Shown here piece by piece: positions 27,082 through 38,059 of a stretch of 64,000 nucleotides of DNA. Position numbers and translations under genes: made by a program. The notes below the pieces were generated by a model, which did no database searches, had not been told where the DNA came from, and was given only the letters and a program-made list of their open reading frames with translations. The DNA is taken from the NCBI GenBank assembly GCA_963741945.1, contig CAVUKA010000005.1, positions 544,001 to 608,000 on the forward strand, read 5' to 3'. Each line of letters starts with the position of its first letter. Position 1 is the stretch's first letter. Source of the stretch: an uncultured Gemmatimonadales bacterium (lineage in GTDB: Bacteria > Gemmatimonadota > Gemmatimonadetes > Longimicrobiales > RSA9).

Positions 27082-29764
27082 ATGATGACCGGCAGGATCC
27101 ACCTCCGCGTGGCCCGGCGCACCGTCTGGCTGACGGCCACGGTCCTCGTCCTCGGCTCCATGATGCTGGTGAACGCCGGTGCGGGCGCCCAGTACGTCTG
27201 CCCGCGCGCCGCCGACCCGGAAGTCCAGGCTGGCTGGGCCGCGTACCGGCAGGGCGACATGGCCGCCGCGCGCGACCACTTCGACGAAGCCGTGGGCCGC
27301 TGCCCCCGTCACGTGGGCGGACGGACCGGGCTGGCCTACGTCGAGCTACGGAGCGGCAACACCGTCGCCGCCAGCCGCCTGTTCGACGCCGTCCTGTCCG
27401 GGCACCCGAACGCCGTCGACGCGCTGGTGGGGCGGGGCATCGTGGCCTGGCGCCAGGACGAGCTCGCGCTGGTGGGCGACCGTGTTCCAGCGCGTGCGAC
27501 GACTCGATCCGGGCAACGCCGAAGCCGACCGCTACCTCGGGCTCCTGCAGGCCCGCGAGCCCGCCCCCCGTCCCGCCCCGCCCCGCCCGCCGCTGACGCG
27601 GCCGGACACCCTCGAGCTGCCGGCCCGCGCCTTCGGCGACCACCTCGAAGTGCGCACCGACACCGGCTGGGCCCGTCTCTACATCAAGGCCATCGACCTC
27701 GGCGCGGCGCTCCCCGGCCACTTCGCCACCCAGTTCCCGGACTCCGCCACCTACGCCCGCTGGCTGGACGGGATGGCGGCCACGGGAGCCAACGCCGTGC
27801 GCGTGTACACGCGCCACCCGCCCGCGTTCTACGAAGCGCTCGCCGACCACGACGCGCGCCACCCCGACCACCCGCTCTGGCTCATGCAGGGGGTGTGGGC
27901 GGACCTGCCGCCGGACGGCACCCGCTACGCCGATCCGGCCTGGCAGGGCGAGTTCCTCGCCGACGTCGGCCGCGCCATCGACATCATCCACGGCCGCGCC
28001 GACATCGCGCCGAAGCCCGGCATGGCCTCCGGCCACTACGCCGCCGACGTGTCGCGCTGGACGCTGGCCATCATCCTGGGGCGCGAGTGGGAGGCCACGT
28101 CGGTGATCGGCTTCGACCGGCTGCGCCCCGACTTCACCGCCTGGGCCGGCACCTACGCCACCGCCACCGGCGCGTCGCCCATGGAAGCGTGGCTCACCAT
28201 GGTCGTGGACTCCACCGTGGCCATCGAGACGCGCAGGTACAACACGCAGCGGCCGGTCTCCTACACCAACTGGCCCACCACCGACCCGCTGCGCCACCCG
28301 ACGGAAGCAACCAGCCTCGAGGAAGCCGCCATCCTCCGCGGCCTGGGTGACGGCATCGACCTCGGACAGGTGATGCTGGAAGGCGAGGACGCGGTCACCA
28401 TCGACCCGGGGCACACGCGCGCCACCGGCCGCTTCCCGGCCGGGTTCTTCGCCACCTACCACGTCTACCCGTACTACCCGGACTTCATGACCCGCGAGCC
28501 GGCGTACCTGCACGCCGTCTCGCCCTGGGGCCCCTCCAACTACTTCGGCTACCTCACCGCCCTGAAGCGCTACCACCGCGACATCCCCGTCTTCATCGGC
28601 GAGTACGGGCTGCCCCCGAGCATCGGCGTGTCCCACGTCGCCCCCTTCGGCTGGCACCACGGCGGCCTCACCGAGGCGCGGGCCGCCGCGGGCACCGCAC
28701 GCCTCACCCGCGAGATCGCCGCCGCGGGCATGGCCGGGGGCGGCGTGTTCGAGTGGATCGACGAGTGGTTCAAGAAGACGTGGGTGACCCAGCAGTTCGA
28801 GTCGCCGCCGGAACGGGACCGCATGTGGTACAACCGCCTCGACTCCGAGGAGCACTTCGGCCTCAACGCCGTGGAGCCGGAGCCCCGCATCCGCGGCGAG
28901 ACCCTCGCCGAGCGGGTGAACGGCGGCTGGCTCATGGTGCGGCCGGCATACGACGATTCCACCCGGGGCACCCTCCGCCTCCTGGCCGACGAGGCCTACC
29001 TCCGCGTGCTCTACGTCGCGCCGCGGCGCGTCGACGAGGTCCTGCTCGGCTTCGACGTCATCGACCCCCGCCGCGGCGACAGCCGCTGGCCCGGCAAGGT
29101 GGGCCCCCGCCTGCCCGTGGGCCTCGAGGTCGTCCTGCGCGCCCGCGGCGACACCGCCCGCATCCTGAAGGACACCCACTCGCAGCCGATCCGGATCCGC
29201 GAGCTGCCCGCCGCGCCCATCGATTCCGGACCCGACATCGCGTCGCCGCCGCCAGGGTTCTTCCGCGGCCGATTCGTCACGGTCGGCAGGCTGCGCATCC
29301 ACTCCCGCCTCAACGACGACGGCGTCTACGAACCGCCTCGCCTGGTCTTCTCGCGACGCATGTTCGCCCGCGACTCCACCGAGTTCGCCGCCCTCGGCTA
29401 CGACGCCGGCCTGCTGCCGAACGGCCCCGGGCCCGACGGCCTGTGGCAGACCAATGGCACCGCCTGGGAGTTCCGCATCCCCTGGCAGCTCCTGGACGTG
29501 GGCGACCCCAGCCAGCTCCTCGTGCTCCAGGACACGCTCCAGCGCTGGCGCGGCGGCCCCCTGGAGACCGTGCCCGTGGACGCCATCCGCGTCCTGGCCG
29601 CCGCCCGCACCCGCTCCGGCGACTGGCTCCAGCTCCCGGCCTCCAACCGCCTCGAGGACGTCGCCTCCTTCTCCTGGGCCACCTGGGAAGAGCCGAAGTG
29701 GCAGGCCAGGCCCCGGCCGGTCCTCGATTCCCTGCGCGAGGCGTGGAGCGGGATACCGGAATGA
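27082..29764 (+). CDS. secreted TPR plus GH-A-clan-like TIM-barrel protein; +1 frameshift at about 27475
   Basis: Signal peptide and TPR in one frame, continuing as ATVFQRVRRLDPGNAEA in the next frame after an extra G; GANAVRVYT, LGREWE and FIGEYG motifs. Confidence 0.75.
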
Positions 29765-29962
29765 CGGAGCCGTTGCGGGAACGCTGCGCACCGTAGACGG
29801 GGTTCGATGAGCGGAGGTTCATCTCCGGCTGGGGTGGCATCTCCACCTCCCGAACACCAATCTTTAGTGGGCACCGTTTGGGCCGCGGTTCGCGCAGCGT
29901 CGAGTATTCCCAACGTCCACTTTAGCGAAAGACATTGCAAAATCCTACTCAATGACACCCGG

Positions 29963-30931
29963 TTATCGGACCGCATTTACGGCCAGAGACTGGTCAGATA
30001 TCGCTCGGGGATGATGGCTGGAAACGAAGACCGCGATGGGCACCAGCGCCAGCGGGAGATAGGGGATCAAAACGTACGGCGATGCGAATACTCCCGCCAC
30101 GAGGACGCAGGCCACTTGCAGCCGTGGCGAACGATGCCGCAGCATGACACCCACCACTACGGGAGCCAGCACTCCCAGGAACACCGGGATCCATGGAAGG
30201 CCGAGCCAATCGCCAATAGGGGTGGTGGGCGAAAGGTTGAGACCCGCCCACCCTTGCGCCACGTGCGGCAACACCTCGGTGAGCCAATGAAGCGACGCGC
30301 GAACGAACCCGCCCGGTGAAAGTGCCGCCATTCCCACGAGGACCGACCCGGCCAAGGCGGCTGCGGCGCCAGCAAACGCGCGGCGGTCCCGAGCTGCGGC
30401 AAAGGCGAGGGGAAAAACAGCATACGGCTTGACCACGGCGACGAGGGCAAGGAGTGCGCCGCGTCGTGCGCCGGAAAGAGCCACACCCCATCCCGCCAGC
30501 GCCCAAAGCACCGGGTCTACATTGGCGAAACCCAGGCCCACGGCTGCACCGGGGAACGCCCCCGCGATGAATACCCAGGCGGCCCATCCTGATGGCGTGG
30601 CCCGCCCATGGGCGATCCTGGCCAGTGCCGCGGCAAAGGCCCAGAACGAGGCGAACAGCAGCACGGACCAGCACCGGCTGAAAGTCACGAAGGACATCCG
30701 CGGAGCCAGGGACAGCGCAGGGGCGAGCACCGGGGGATAGAGGTACCAGAAGTCCCCGTGTTCGACGACCTTGCCCTTCGACATGGGCGGATACAGCGGC
30801 TCGCCGTCCTGGATCCTCCGTTGCGCCAGCCAGTTGCTGGGGACGTCCCGATCGCTCCAGGACGGATTCATCATTTCCCGCGGCAGCATGACAACGGCGG
30901 TTGCCGCGGTGAATGCCCACGCTACCATCAT
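29963..30931 (-). CDS. GT87/DUF2029-like GT-C glycosyltransferase
   Basis: GEPLY, YLYPP, ANVD and VKPY motifs, many TMs; alternative TTG start at 30967. Confidence 0.75.
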   Translation of the reverse strand: MMVAWAFTAATAVVMLPREMMNPSWSDRDVPSNWLAQRRIQDGEPLYPPMSKGKVVEHGDFWYLYPPVLAPALSLAPRMSFVTFSRCWSVLLFASFWAFAAALARIAHGRATPSGWAAWVFIAGAFPGAAVGLGFANVDPVLWALAGWGVALSGARRGALLALVAVVKPYAVFPLAFAAARDRRAFAGAAAALAGSVLVGMAALSPGGFVRASLHWLTEVLPHVAQGWAGLNLSPTTPIGDWLGLPWIPVFLGVLAPVVVGVMLRHRSPRLQVACVLVAGVFASPYVLIPYLPLALVPIAVFVSSHHPRAISDQSLAVNAVR

Positions 30932-31035
30932 GGCCCGGCGGGCGAGCCATTCCGTGTTCAGCTTCAACTTGACTCCAGTGACCAAACGAGAAGGCTCCCG
31001 CTCGCGGATCGCGGGTGCGGACGCTCCATGGCGGA

Positions 31036-32583
31036 TCAGGTGCCGGCGCGGACCAGCAGCACAGCCACCGAATCCTCGTGGGCCACCCGCCACTGTGGTG
31101 TTTCCTTGAGGGCTTCCACCAGCGGCGCATCCGGCCGGACCAGCACCAGGGAAAAGCCGTAGTGATCCATCAATTCTTTCCAGCCCCGTTCCGCGCTGAC
31201 GATCGTGCCGTACTCCTTCACCAGATCGTCGCCGAAGAAGTCTGCCATGCTGTCGACGAACAGGCGCTGCCCCGGCCAGGCATACAGCACGTACCCACCC
31301 CAGCTGTACTGGCTGAACAGGCGTCCGCCCAGACGCGCCTCCCTGGCATATCGCACGGCCGCGGCCGGAAAGACATCCGGTGAGGGCTGGTCGGGTACGA
31401 TCGTGATCCGCTGCGTCCTTCCGTCCGTCAGCAGCAGCGCCACCAGGAGCGTCCCGACGCCGAGTCCCAGCCGCCAGCCCCGCGTGTCGGAGCGTGCGAA
31501 CTCCTCGCGCATCCGCCCCACCAGGCCGGCGTGCAGCTGCCGCACCAAGGGCGTGAGCGCGCGCGCCATCACGGGGAGCGCGAAGAGGGCGAACATCGCC
31601 GTGTTGCGACGGGCGGAGAGCGCCCCCATGAACGCCGCGGCGGTGACCAGGAGCGGCCGCCACCCGGGCCACTCCTTCTGCGCCGCCAGGCCGAGCACCA
31701 GGAGGCCGCAAACGGCCATGAACGGCAGTCCCTCGGGGGAGAAGGCGATGAGCGCCTGGAACTCGTTCACCTGCGCCACGGTCTGGCTCCCCATCCACGT
31801 CATGGCGTGCACGTGCAGCGCCCAGCCGAACGGGTTGAGGAGCGACGCCGCGAGCGCGACGACGAAAGGGGCGGCAGACGTGCGCAGCGCCGACAGCCGG
31901 GGACGTCCGGCCCTGATCTCGTCGATCCATTCCCCCGCTCCCCATGCTCCGACCATCACGGCCCCGTAAAGGAATCCGGGATGCAGGTTGGCCCAGAACG
32001 CGAACAGGAGCGAAGTCCAAAGCAGCCGGCGGCGCGACAGCAGGGCGTGAGGCAGGGCGGCGAGCGCGAGATAGGAGAACAGGTGGGGCCGCGCGATCCA
32101 GTGCGACTGGTTCAGCACGACCGCCGCGGCGCCCGTGACCAGCGCCAGCCAGGGGTCGCCGCCATCCCGCCGCACGTATGCAACCACCAGCGCCACGGCC
32201 CCGCCGATGAGCAGCGCGGCCAGCGCCACCACGCCGGCGAATCCAGCCGCCGCATGGGCCCCGGCGTATGCCACCTGGCTGAGCCATTCATAGGCGAGGA
32301 ACGGCTCTCCGGCCCGGGAGAAGGAGAACGGGTCCGCGAACCTCGGCCCATGCCCGAGGATGTAGCGGCCGATGAGGATGTGCCGGAGGAGGTCGCCGTC
32401 ACCATTGACCAGCCGCCCGTGGGCCAGGAATGCCGCTGAAGCCGAGGTCAGGGCGAACGCCATACCTACCACGGATGCCTGCTGGGGCTCACGGGCCGGC
32501 ACAGCGGCACCGGCCGGCGGTTGCGAAACGGGTGAAGCCTCCTGGCCCGCCCGGGCGGTTTCCGTCGCGCCGGGGCCGCTCAC
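31036..32583 (-). CDS. multi-TM protein, probable GT-C-fold glycosyltransferase (paralog of 34164-35687)
   Basis: DGDLLRHILIG, AYEWL, RPHLFS, WANLHPGF, LNPFG, YSWGGYVLY, FVDS; GTGA overlap with the upstream GT2. Confidence 0.75.
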   Translation of the reverse strand: MSGPGATETARAGQEASPVSQPPAGAAVPAREPQQASVVGMAFALTSASAAFLAHGRLVNGDGDLLRHILIGRYILGHGPRFADPFSFSRAGEPFLAYEWLSQVAYAGAHAAAGFAGVVALAALLIGGAVALVVAYVRRDGGDPWLALVTGAAAVVLNQSHWIARPHLFSYLALAALPHALLSRRRLLWTSLLFAFWANLHPGFLYGAVMVGAWGAGEWIDEIRAGRPRLSALRTSAAPFVVALAASLLNPFGWALHVHAMTWMGSQTVAQVNEFQALIAFSPEGLPFMAVCGLLVLGLAAQKEWPGWRPLLVTAAAFMGALSARRNTAMFALFALPVMARALTPLVRQLHAGLVGRMREEFARSDTRGWRLGLGVGTLLVALLLTDGRTQRITIVPDQPSPDVFPAAAVRYAREARLGGRLFSQYSWGGYVLYAWPGQRLFVDSMADFFGDDLVKEYGTIVSAERGWKELMDHYGFSLVLVRPDAPLVEALKETPQWRVAHEDSVAVLLVRAGT

Positions 32584-33404
32584 GGCTCCCTTCCCGCCGT
32601 CATCGGCTCCGTTCCTTTCGATGCGGGCCGGCCGGTTGGCCCGGCCACCAGGCGGCGCCCGGGCCGCTGCACCCACAGGCGAAGAAGAAAAAGGAAAGCG
32701 CGGGCGCCCGCCAGCATGGAGACCTTCGACTCGCCCACGTCGCGCCAGGCGGGAAGCGGCACCTCTACGATCCTGTCGATCCCGCTGTCCCCCCACCCCT
32801 CCTGGAGGCGGCGCAGCAGCTCGATGTCGAACGCCCAGCGCGATTTGAACGGCCGCTGGAGTGCGTGCTCCAGGGCCGATGACTTCCGCAGGAGCTTGGC
32901 ACCGCACTGTGTGTCGTATACGGGCACGCCGAGCGCCAGCGACGCCAGTGTGCCATAGGCACGCCCGGCCAGGTGGCGCAGGCCGGACCGCTGGATCTCG
33001 CGGCCCAGCATTCGAACGCGCGCGCCCATGACCACGTCCACCCCACGGCGCTCATCCAGGAGTTGATCGAACGCTTCGATCATGTCCAGCGGCGTGGCGA
33101 GATCAGCGTCCCAGTAGCCCACGCGCGACGCGCCCGCGTCGAGCGCCGTCCTGAGGCCGGCCCGAACCGCCTCTGCCTTCCCCACGTTCTGCTCCAGCGC
33201 CAGCACGCGGCAGCCGCCGGCACGGAGGCGCCCGATCCCGACGGCAAGGGCGTCCAGCGACCGGCGCGTGCCATCGGTGCTTCCGTCGTCCACGAAGATG
33301 AACGTGGGCGCGCGGGAGCCAGCGGCCGCCGCCAGGAATGCGGACGCATCCAGGCGAAGCGCCTCGTTGTAGCACGGCACGACCACCCAAGCATCACTCG
33401 CCAT
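32580..33404 (-). CDS. GT2 polyprenyl-phosphate glycosyltransferase (dolichyl-P beta-glucosyltransferase-like)
   Basis: VPCYNE, DDGSTD, GKAEAVR, DADLATP, DTQCGAKL, RWAFDIELL. Confidence 0.9.
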   Translation of the reverse strand: MASDAWVVVPCYNEALRLDASAFLAAAAGSRAPTFIFVDDGSTDGTRRSLDALAVGIGRLRAGGCRVLALEQNVGKAEAVRAGLRTALDAGASRVGYWDADLATPLDMIEAFDQLLDERRGVDVVMGARVRMLGREIQRSGLRHLAGRAYGTLASLALGVPVYDTQCGAKLLRKSSALEHALQRPFKSRWAFDIELLRRLQEGWGDSGIDRIVEVPLPAWRDVGESKVSMLAGARAFLFLLRLWVQRPGRRLVAGPTGRPASKGTEPMTAGREP

Positions 33405-34167
33405 CGGCCTGGCTCCGCCTCAGAATCGCCAACAGACTCAGCCCATGCCCCGGGAGATCGCGGCGTCCCCGCTTCAGCGCATCCACGAGCCCTGGAACCT
33501 CGCCCGTGAACACCCGTTCCAGGGCGCGGTTCACCGGCGCCCATGGCAGCCCCATATCGCTTCCTTCGCGCCCCGTGCCGCTCCCCCGCCACGCCCCGAG
33601 ACGCCGGACCATCCGCGCCAGCGGGTACAGCCGGCGATTGAATGGCGCCAGCAGGCGGACTTCTGCCGGGACGCCCGACCAGGCGTCCCAGAGCATCTCG
33701 CGGGTGTATCGCCGGTAGTGTCCGTACACCTCGTCGTGGGGGCTCCAGAGCCAGGGCCCGAACGGCACGGTCATCAGCAGGTGCGCCTCCGGGCGCATGC
33801 TGCCGATCAACCGCTCCAGGAAAGCGTGGTCATGCTCGACGTGCTCCAGGACATCGCAGAGGAGGACCAGGTCGGCCCGGCCGATCATTTCCCTGCCGGC
33901 CTCCGGAGCGGCGCCTGTTTCGAAGCTGACGCCCGGATGGGCCCGTCGCGCCAGCTGGATTGCCGTGGGCGAGCTGTCGATCCCGTGGCGGTCGTGCCTC
34001 TCGGGGAACGCACCGATATCCGCGCCCGTGCCGCACCCGACATCCACCACCACACCCCGTTCGGGCAACAGCCGCGTCCCGAGTTCCAGGATGGCCCTGC
34101 GCCGCCCCCGGAACCACCAGTGGCGCGCCTCGAGCGCGTGGTGCGTGCTGAACAGCTGTTCCTTCAT
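33394..34167 (-). CDS. class I SAM-dependent methyltransferase
   Basis: HWWFRGRR, VDVGCGTG, DVLEHV, WSPHDE...HYRRY. Confidence 0.88.
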   Translation of the reverse strand: MKEQLFSTHHALEARHWWFRGRRRAILELGTRLLPERGVVVDVGCGTGADIGAFPERHDRHGIDSSPTAIQLARRAHPGVSFETGAAPEAGREMIGRADLVLLCDVLEHVEHDHAFLERLIGSMRPEAHLLMTVPFGPWLWSPHDEVYGHYRRYTREMLWDAWSGVPAEVRLLAPFNRRLYPLARMVRRLGAWRGSGTGREGSDMGLPWAPVNRALERVFTGEVPGLVDALKRGRRDLPGHGLSLLAILRRSQADGE

Positions 34168-35687
34168 CCGCCCTCCCCGTTCTTCGCCAGCAGGACCGCC
34201 ACGCCGTCCTCGTGCACAACGCGCCAGCCGTCGGCCCCGCGGAGCGCCTCCACGATGGGCGTTCCCGGCGGGAAAAGCACGACGGAGATCCGGTTCCGGG
34301 CCAGCAGATTGCGCCAGCCGGGCCGGGCGTCCCTCAGCACGACGTAGTCGCCGATGAGCTCCGGGCCGAAGAAGTCGGCCATGCTGTCCACGAACACGCG
34401 CTGCCCCGGCCACGCGTAGAGGACGTAGCCGCCCCATGTGTACTCGCTGATCAGGCGACCGTCCAGTTGTTGACTCATGGCCACCCGGACCGCCGCCTCG
34501 GGAAACACGTGGGGCGAGAACCGGTCCGGCAGCAGCCCGGGTCCCCCGACCCGGCCCACCACGAGAAGCAGTGCCAGACCGGCCGCGGCCATCGAACCAT
34601 GGCGCGATCCTGGTCGATCCGATCGGGCGAACTCCGCGCGCATCCGGCCCAGCAGCCAGTGCGGGAGCGCCGCCATGGCGGGCGCCAGCGCGCGGGCCGC
34701 GAGGGGGAGCGCGAACAACGGAAGCAGCGTCGTGTACCGGCGTCCCATGAACGATACGGCCACCGCAATGGTGAACGGGAGCACCGCCGGCCACGGCCTG
34801 GCAGGCCGGGCGAGGGCGAGTCCGGCGGCGGCCGTTCCGGCAACAGCAAGGAACACCAGTCCGTTGATAGACAACAGGGGGAGCGGCAGGAACTCCGAGA
34901 CCCCCATGGCCGAGCCGCCTCCGCCGAGCGCAAGCGCGTGGACGTGGAGCGCCGCGCCGAAGGGGTTCAGCAGCGTGGCGGCGGAAGCGACCAGCACGGG
35001 CACGCCCCACCGCACGACGGCGCGCCCGGTCCCATCCCCGGAGCGGACGTCCTCCACGGCCATGCCCGACGACCATGCGCCGAGCATCACCAGTCCATAG
35101 AGAAACCCCGGGTGGAGGTTGGCCCACAGCGCGAACAACACCCCGAGCCACAGCGTCCGACGCGGGGACTCGATTGCGTACAGCAGCGCCGCGAGACCAA
35201 GGAAGCTGAACAGGTGGGGGCGCGCCAGCCAGTGCGGGTACGTCAGCACCACGGCAGCCGTCCCGACCATGAACGCGAGCCACGGGTCCCCCGCAGCCCG
35301 GACCCAGCGCACCACCAGCGCGAAGGATGTGGCCAGGAGCAGCGACGAGAGGACGACCACGCCAGCGAGCCCCAGCCAGCCATGGACGGCCGCAAGCAAC
35401 GCCTGACTCAGCCATTCGTACGCCAGAAACGGGTCTCCCCCTCGCGTGAATGAAAACGGATCCGCGAAGCGCGGCCCGTGCGCCAGGATATACCGGCCGG
35501 TCACGAGGTGACGGGCCAGGTCACCGTCCCCATTCACCAGCATTCCGCCGAAGCCCAGCGGGATCACGAGCGCCCAGAGAGCGAACGTGAGATCGACCAC
35601 CGACGCGCGGCCGCGCTCGCCATGGGCCGCGCCCAGCTCGGCACCGCCACGCGTGGACACGGCGGCCTCCACCGGTCCGTGCATCAC
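34164..35687 (-). CDS. multi-TM protein, probable GT-C-fold glycosyltransferase (paralog of 31036-32583)
   Basis: DGDLARHLVTG, AYEWL, RPHLFS, WANLHPGF, YTWGGYVLY; ATGA overlaps at both ends. Confidence 0.75.
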   Translation of the reverse strand: MMHGPVEAAVSTRGGAELGAAHGERGRASVVDLTFALWALVIPLGFGGMLVNGDGDLARHLVTGRYILAHGPRFADPFSFTRGGDPFLAYEWLSQALLAAVHGWLGLAGVVVLSSLLLATSFALVVRWVRAAGDPWLAFMVGTAAVVLTYPHWLARPHLFSFLGLAALLYAIESPRRTLWLGVLFALWANLHPGFLYGLVMLGAWSSGMAVEDVRSGDGTGRAVVRWGVPVLVASAATLLNPFGAALHVHALALGGGGSAMGVSEFLPLPLLSINGLVFLAVAGTAAAGLALARPARPWPAVLPFTIAVAVSFMGRRYTTLLPLFALPLAARALAPAMAALPHWLLGRMRAEFARSDRPGSRHGSMAAAGLALLLVVGRVGGPGLLPDRFSPHVFPEAAVRVAMSQQLDGRLISEYTWGGYVLYAWPGQRVFVDSMADFFGPELIGDYVVLRDARPGWRNLLARNRISVVLFPPGTPIVEALRGADGWRVVHEDGVAVLLAKNGEGG

Positions 35688-36829
35688 GGTCCTGCAGAGG
35701 CGCTTGCAGTGGCACCGACCGCAGCCTCAGCCGCGGCCGCGCTCCCCCCGCCCGTCGCCCGTCCCTTCTTCCGCCCGACCAGCACGGCCGCGAACACCAG
35801 CCCGATGGCCAGATATCCGTTCCAGCAGAGCGGCGAGAACAGCAGCGACGCCAGCAATACCGCGGTCAGGTGCAGCCGGGTGTCCCACCGCCGCGTGAGC
35901 CACCAGGCGCCGAATGGCGCCGCCACGGAGGCGGCAGTCAACCACACCCTCCACCCCGGCGACAGCGGCCCTGACTCGTAGTGCGAGACGCCCGTCCAGC
36001 GGGCCACCCGCAGCACCAGGAACGATAGCGACCAGTTCGTGGACAGGAACGCGCCCTGGCCGAGCGCCGGCGGGATCGCGGTGAACCACTGCTGCGACAC
36101 GCGGAAAAGCCGCGCCGGACCCAGTGCGGCGACACTCACCAGCACCACGCCCACCGCGGCCCAGACGGCTCCTCGCACCACCCGCCACCGCTCCCGCCAC
36201 ACCGCCGCGATCACCGCCCATACGGCGTACGGTTTCACCGCCGTCGTGAGGACCAGCCCCGCCCCGCGGAACCGCGGATACGCGATGGCCCCGGCGAAGA
36301 ACACCCACAGAAGGGGATCGATGTTGAACAGCAGGAAGAACAGCAGGGCTCCCGGCATCAGCACAACCAGGCCATGCCAAAAGAAGAATCCTCCGACGCT
36401 CCACCGCCCCCGTGCAATCCGCGCCAGGAGCGCCGCGAACGCCCAGAAGGAGAACGCCACCACGAGGAACCACGCTCGCTGGAAGGTGACCAGCTCCGTG
36501 CGGGGCAGCAGTGCCACCACGGACGCCAGGGGAGGCAGGTACGGGCTGTTGTCCATCGGGTATCCGGTCGAGCCGGACCCCCCCATCACATCCGGTCCGA
36601 ACCCCGGCATCCGCCGGTACAGCTCCTCCGCTCCTGCACGTACCCGCTCCGACTGGTACCATACCTGTGGCGAGTCCACATTGTCCGGACCGGGGTGGCG
36701 GATGCTGTCCGCCAGCCACCACGCTTGAAAGGGGATGATCAGGGCGCCGACCAACAGAAAAGGAAGGCGCACATAAAATGAAGGCGTTCTGGACCTGCTT
36801 CCGTTGACGGTGCCTGCACGGATGATCAT
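35684..36829 (-). CDS. GT87/DUF2029-like GT-C glycosyltransferase
   Basis: SPYLPP, FNID, VKPY, NWSL and SPLCW motifs; paralog of 29963-30931. Confidence 0.75.
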   Translation of the reverse strand: MIIRAGTVNGSRSRTPSFYVRLPFLLVGALIIPFQAWWLADSIRHPGPDNVDSPQVWYQSERVRAGAEELYRRMPGFGPDVMGGSGSTGYPMDNSPYLPPLASVVALLPRTELVTFQRAWFLVVAFSFWAFAALLARIARGRWSVGGFFFWHGLVVLMPGALLFFLLFNIDPLLWVFFAGAIAYPRFRGAGLVLTTAVKPYAVWAVIAAVWRERWRVVRGAVWAAVGVVLVSVAALGPARLFRVSQQWFTAIPPALGQGAFLSTNWSLSFLVLRVARWTGVSHYESGPLSPGWRVWLTAASVAAPFGAWWLTRRWDTRLHLTAVLLASLLFSPLCWNGYLAIGLVFAAVLVGRKKGRATGGGSAAAAEAAVGATASASAGP

Positions 36830-36835
36830 TGCCGG

Positions 36836-37930
36836 TCAGGAGGTCTTCCGTGGGGCGCCGCTGATCGACCGGGAACGCCAGCCGCCACCAAGGTCAAGTC
36901 GGGGCCGACCCGTACCGGGGATGGCGTCCGGCCGCCCCCACCCGGTTCGCTCCCGCGTAGCTCGGCCGGCAAGTGCCCACCCGAGGAGCCCGACCAGGAT
37001 GCCCGCCAGGGCGTCCGCAGCATAGTGCTCACCAAGAAAGACCACGGCCACGCTCATCAAGGCGACATAGCCCATTCCTAGCCACTTCAGAGAACGGTGC
37101 AGATTGGTCAGGGCAAATGCCGTCACCGTTGCGAGCACGAGGTGGACGGAAGGCATTGCCGCCACGTCATTCGAGGAAGCGCGATAACCTGCCTCCATGA
37201 TCTGGGGCACGCTCGGGTACATGACGTCCCAAAGTATCCGGCGCACGGGCGCTATTGCGCCGGCGTTCGCGGCCATCCACGGCGGCACGGTTGGGAACGC
37301 GGTGTGCCACACCAGGGCGATCCCGAAACCCGACAACAGGGCCAAAACCACGCGGGTCGCCGACCTGTTCAGAGCAAGTGACGCGGCAAGCACAAGAGGG
37401 AAGGCAAAATGAAACGAAAGATACGTGATGCTCATCAGCACGTCCAACAACCTGGCCTGGAAGTGCTCCTGAAGCAGCACCGTCGGGACTGTCCCGAGCC
37501 CCAGCACCCGATCCACGAAGATCGGATACTGCGTGCGCCACGGCGCCACCGCGTCCGCCAGCCCGCGCAGTGAAGCGAAGGCCGCATATCCGAGAGCCCA
37601 CAGCCCGAACAGCTTCACGCGGATCGAACGCGTCCACAGGAGCCATAGGCCCAAGGGGACGAGCAGAATGGCGTTCCCCGGACTCAGCACGAAGAACAGG
37701 GGGCTGATGCCGATGACGAGAAGGACGAAGAGCCCGATGGCGGCCCCGAGCGCGCCGAGGACGCTTCGCAGGGCCGCCAGCAATCCCGCCCCGGTCACAC
37801 TACGCCCGCGGCCACCGGGGACGAATCGGGCGACCACGCTCCCCCGGGAAGGAGGCTCTGAACCGGGCCTTTCAGATCGGTATCGGCCGCCGGCAGCGTT
37901 CTCAAGCGGAGTTGTTGGGTGCAAAGCCAT
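36836..37930 (-). CDS. PAP2-superfamily membrane protein (Aur1/inositol phosphorylceramide synthase-like); start uncertain
   Basis: FPTVPPW, AAMPSVH and GEHYAADALAG motifs. Confidence 0.8.
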   Translation of the reverse strand: MALHPTTPLENAAGGRYRSERPGSEPPSRGSVVARFVPGGRGRSVTGAGLLAALRSVLGALGAAIGLFVLLVIGISPLFFVLSPGNAILLVPLGLWLLWTRSIRVKLFGLWALGYAAFASLRGLADAVAPWRTQYPIFVDRVLGLGTVPTVLLQEHFQARLLDVLMSITYLSFHFAFPLVLAASLALNRSATRVVLALLSGFGIALVWHTAFPTVPPWMAANAGAIAPVRRILWDVMYPSVPQIMEAGYRASSNDVAAMPSVHLVLATVTAFALTNLHRSLKWLGMGYVALMSVAVVFLGEHYAADALAGILVGLLGWALAGRATRERTGWGRPDAIPGTGRPRLDLGGGWRSRSISGAPRKTS

Positions 37931-38059
37931 GCCGGCCGCGTTTGCTGCCCCCCTCCGTTGCCTGGCGCCAGGCGCGCACGGATCCTCTCGATTTGCTGAC
38001 ATAAGATCACTGATGGCCGGCGTCCCACCGCGAATACTCGGGCACAATTCGAAGCCGAG

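Noticed and set aside
29963-32287. 774-aa ORF as one protein
   Set aside because: Only the last third is protein-like; the rest overlaps the neighbouring gene out of frame
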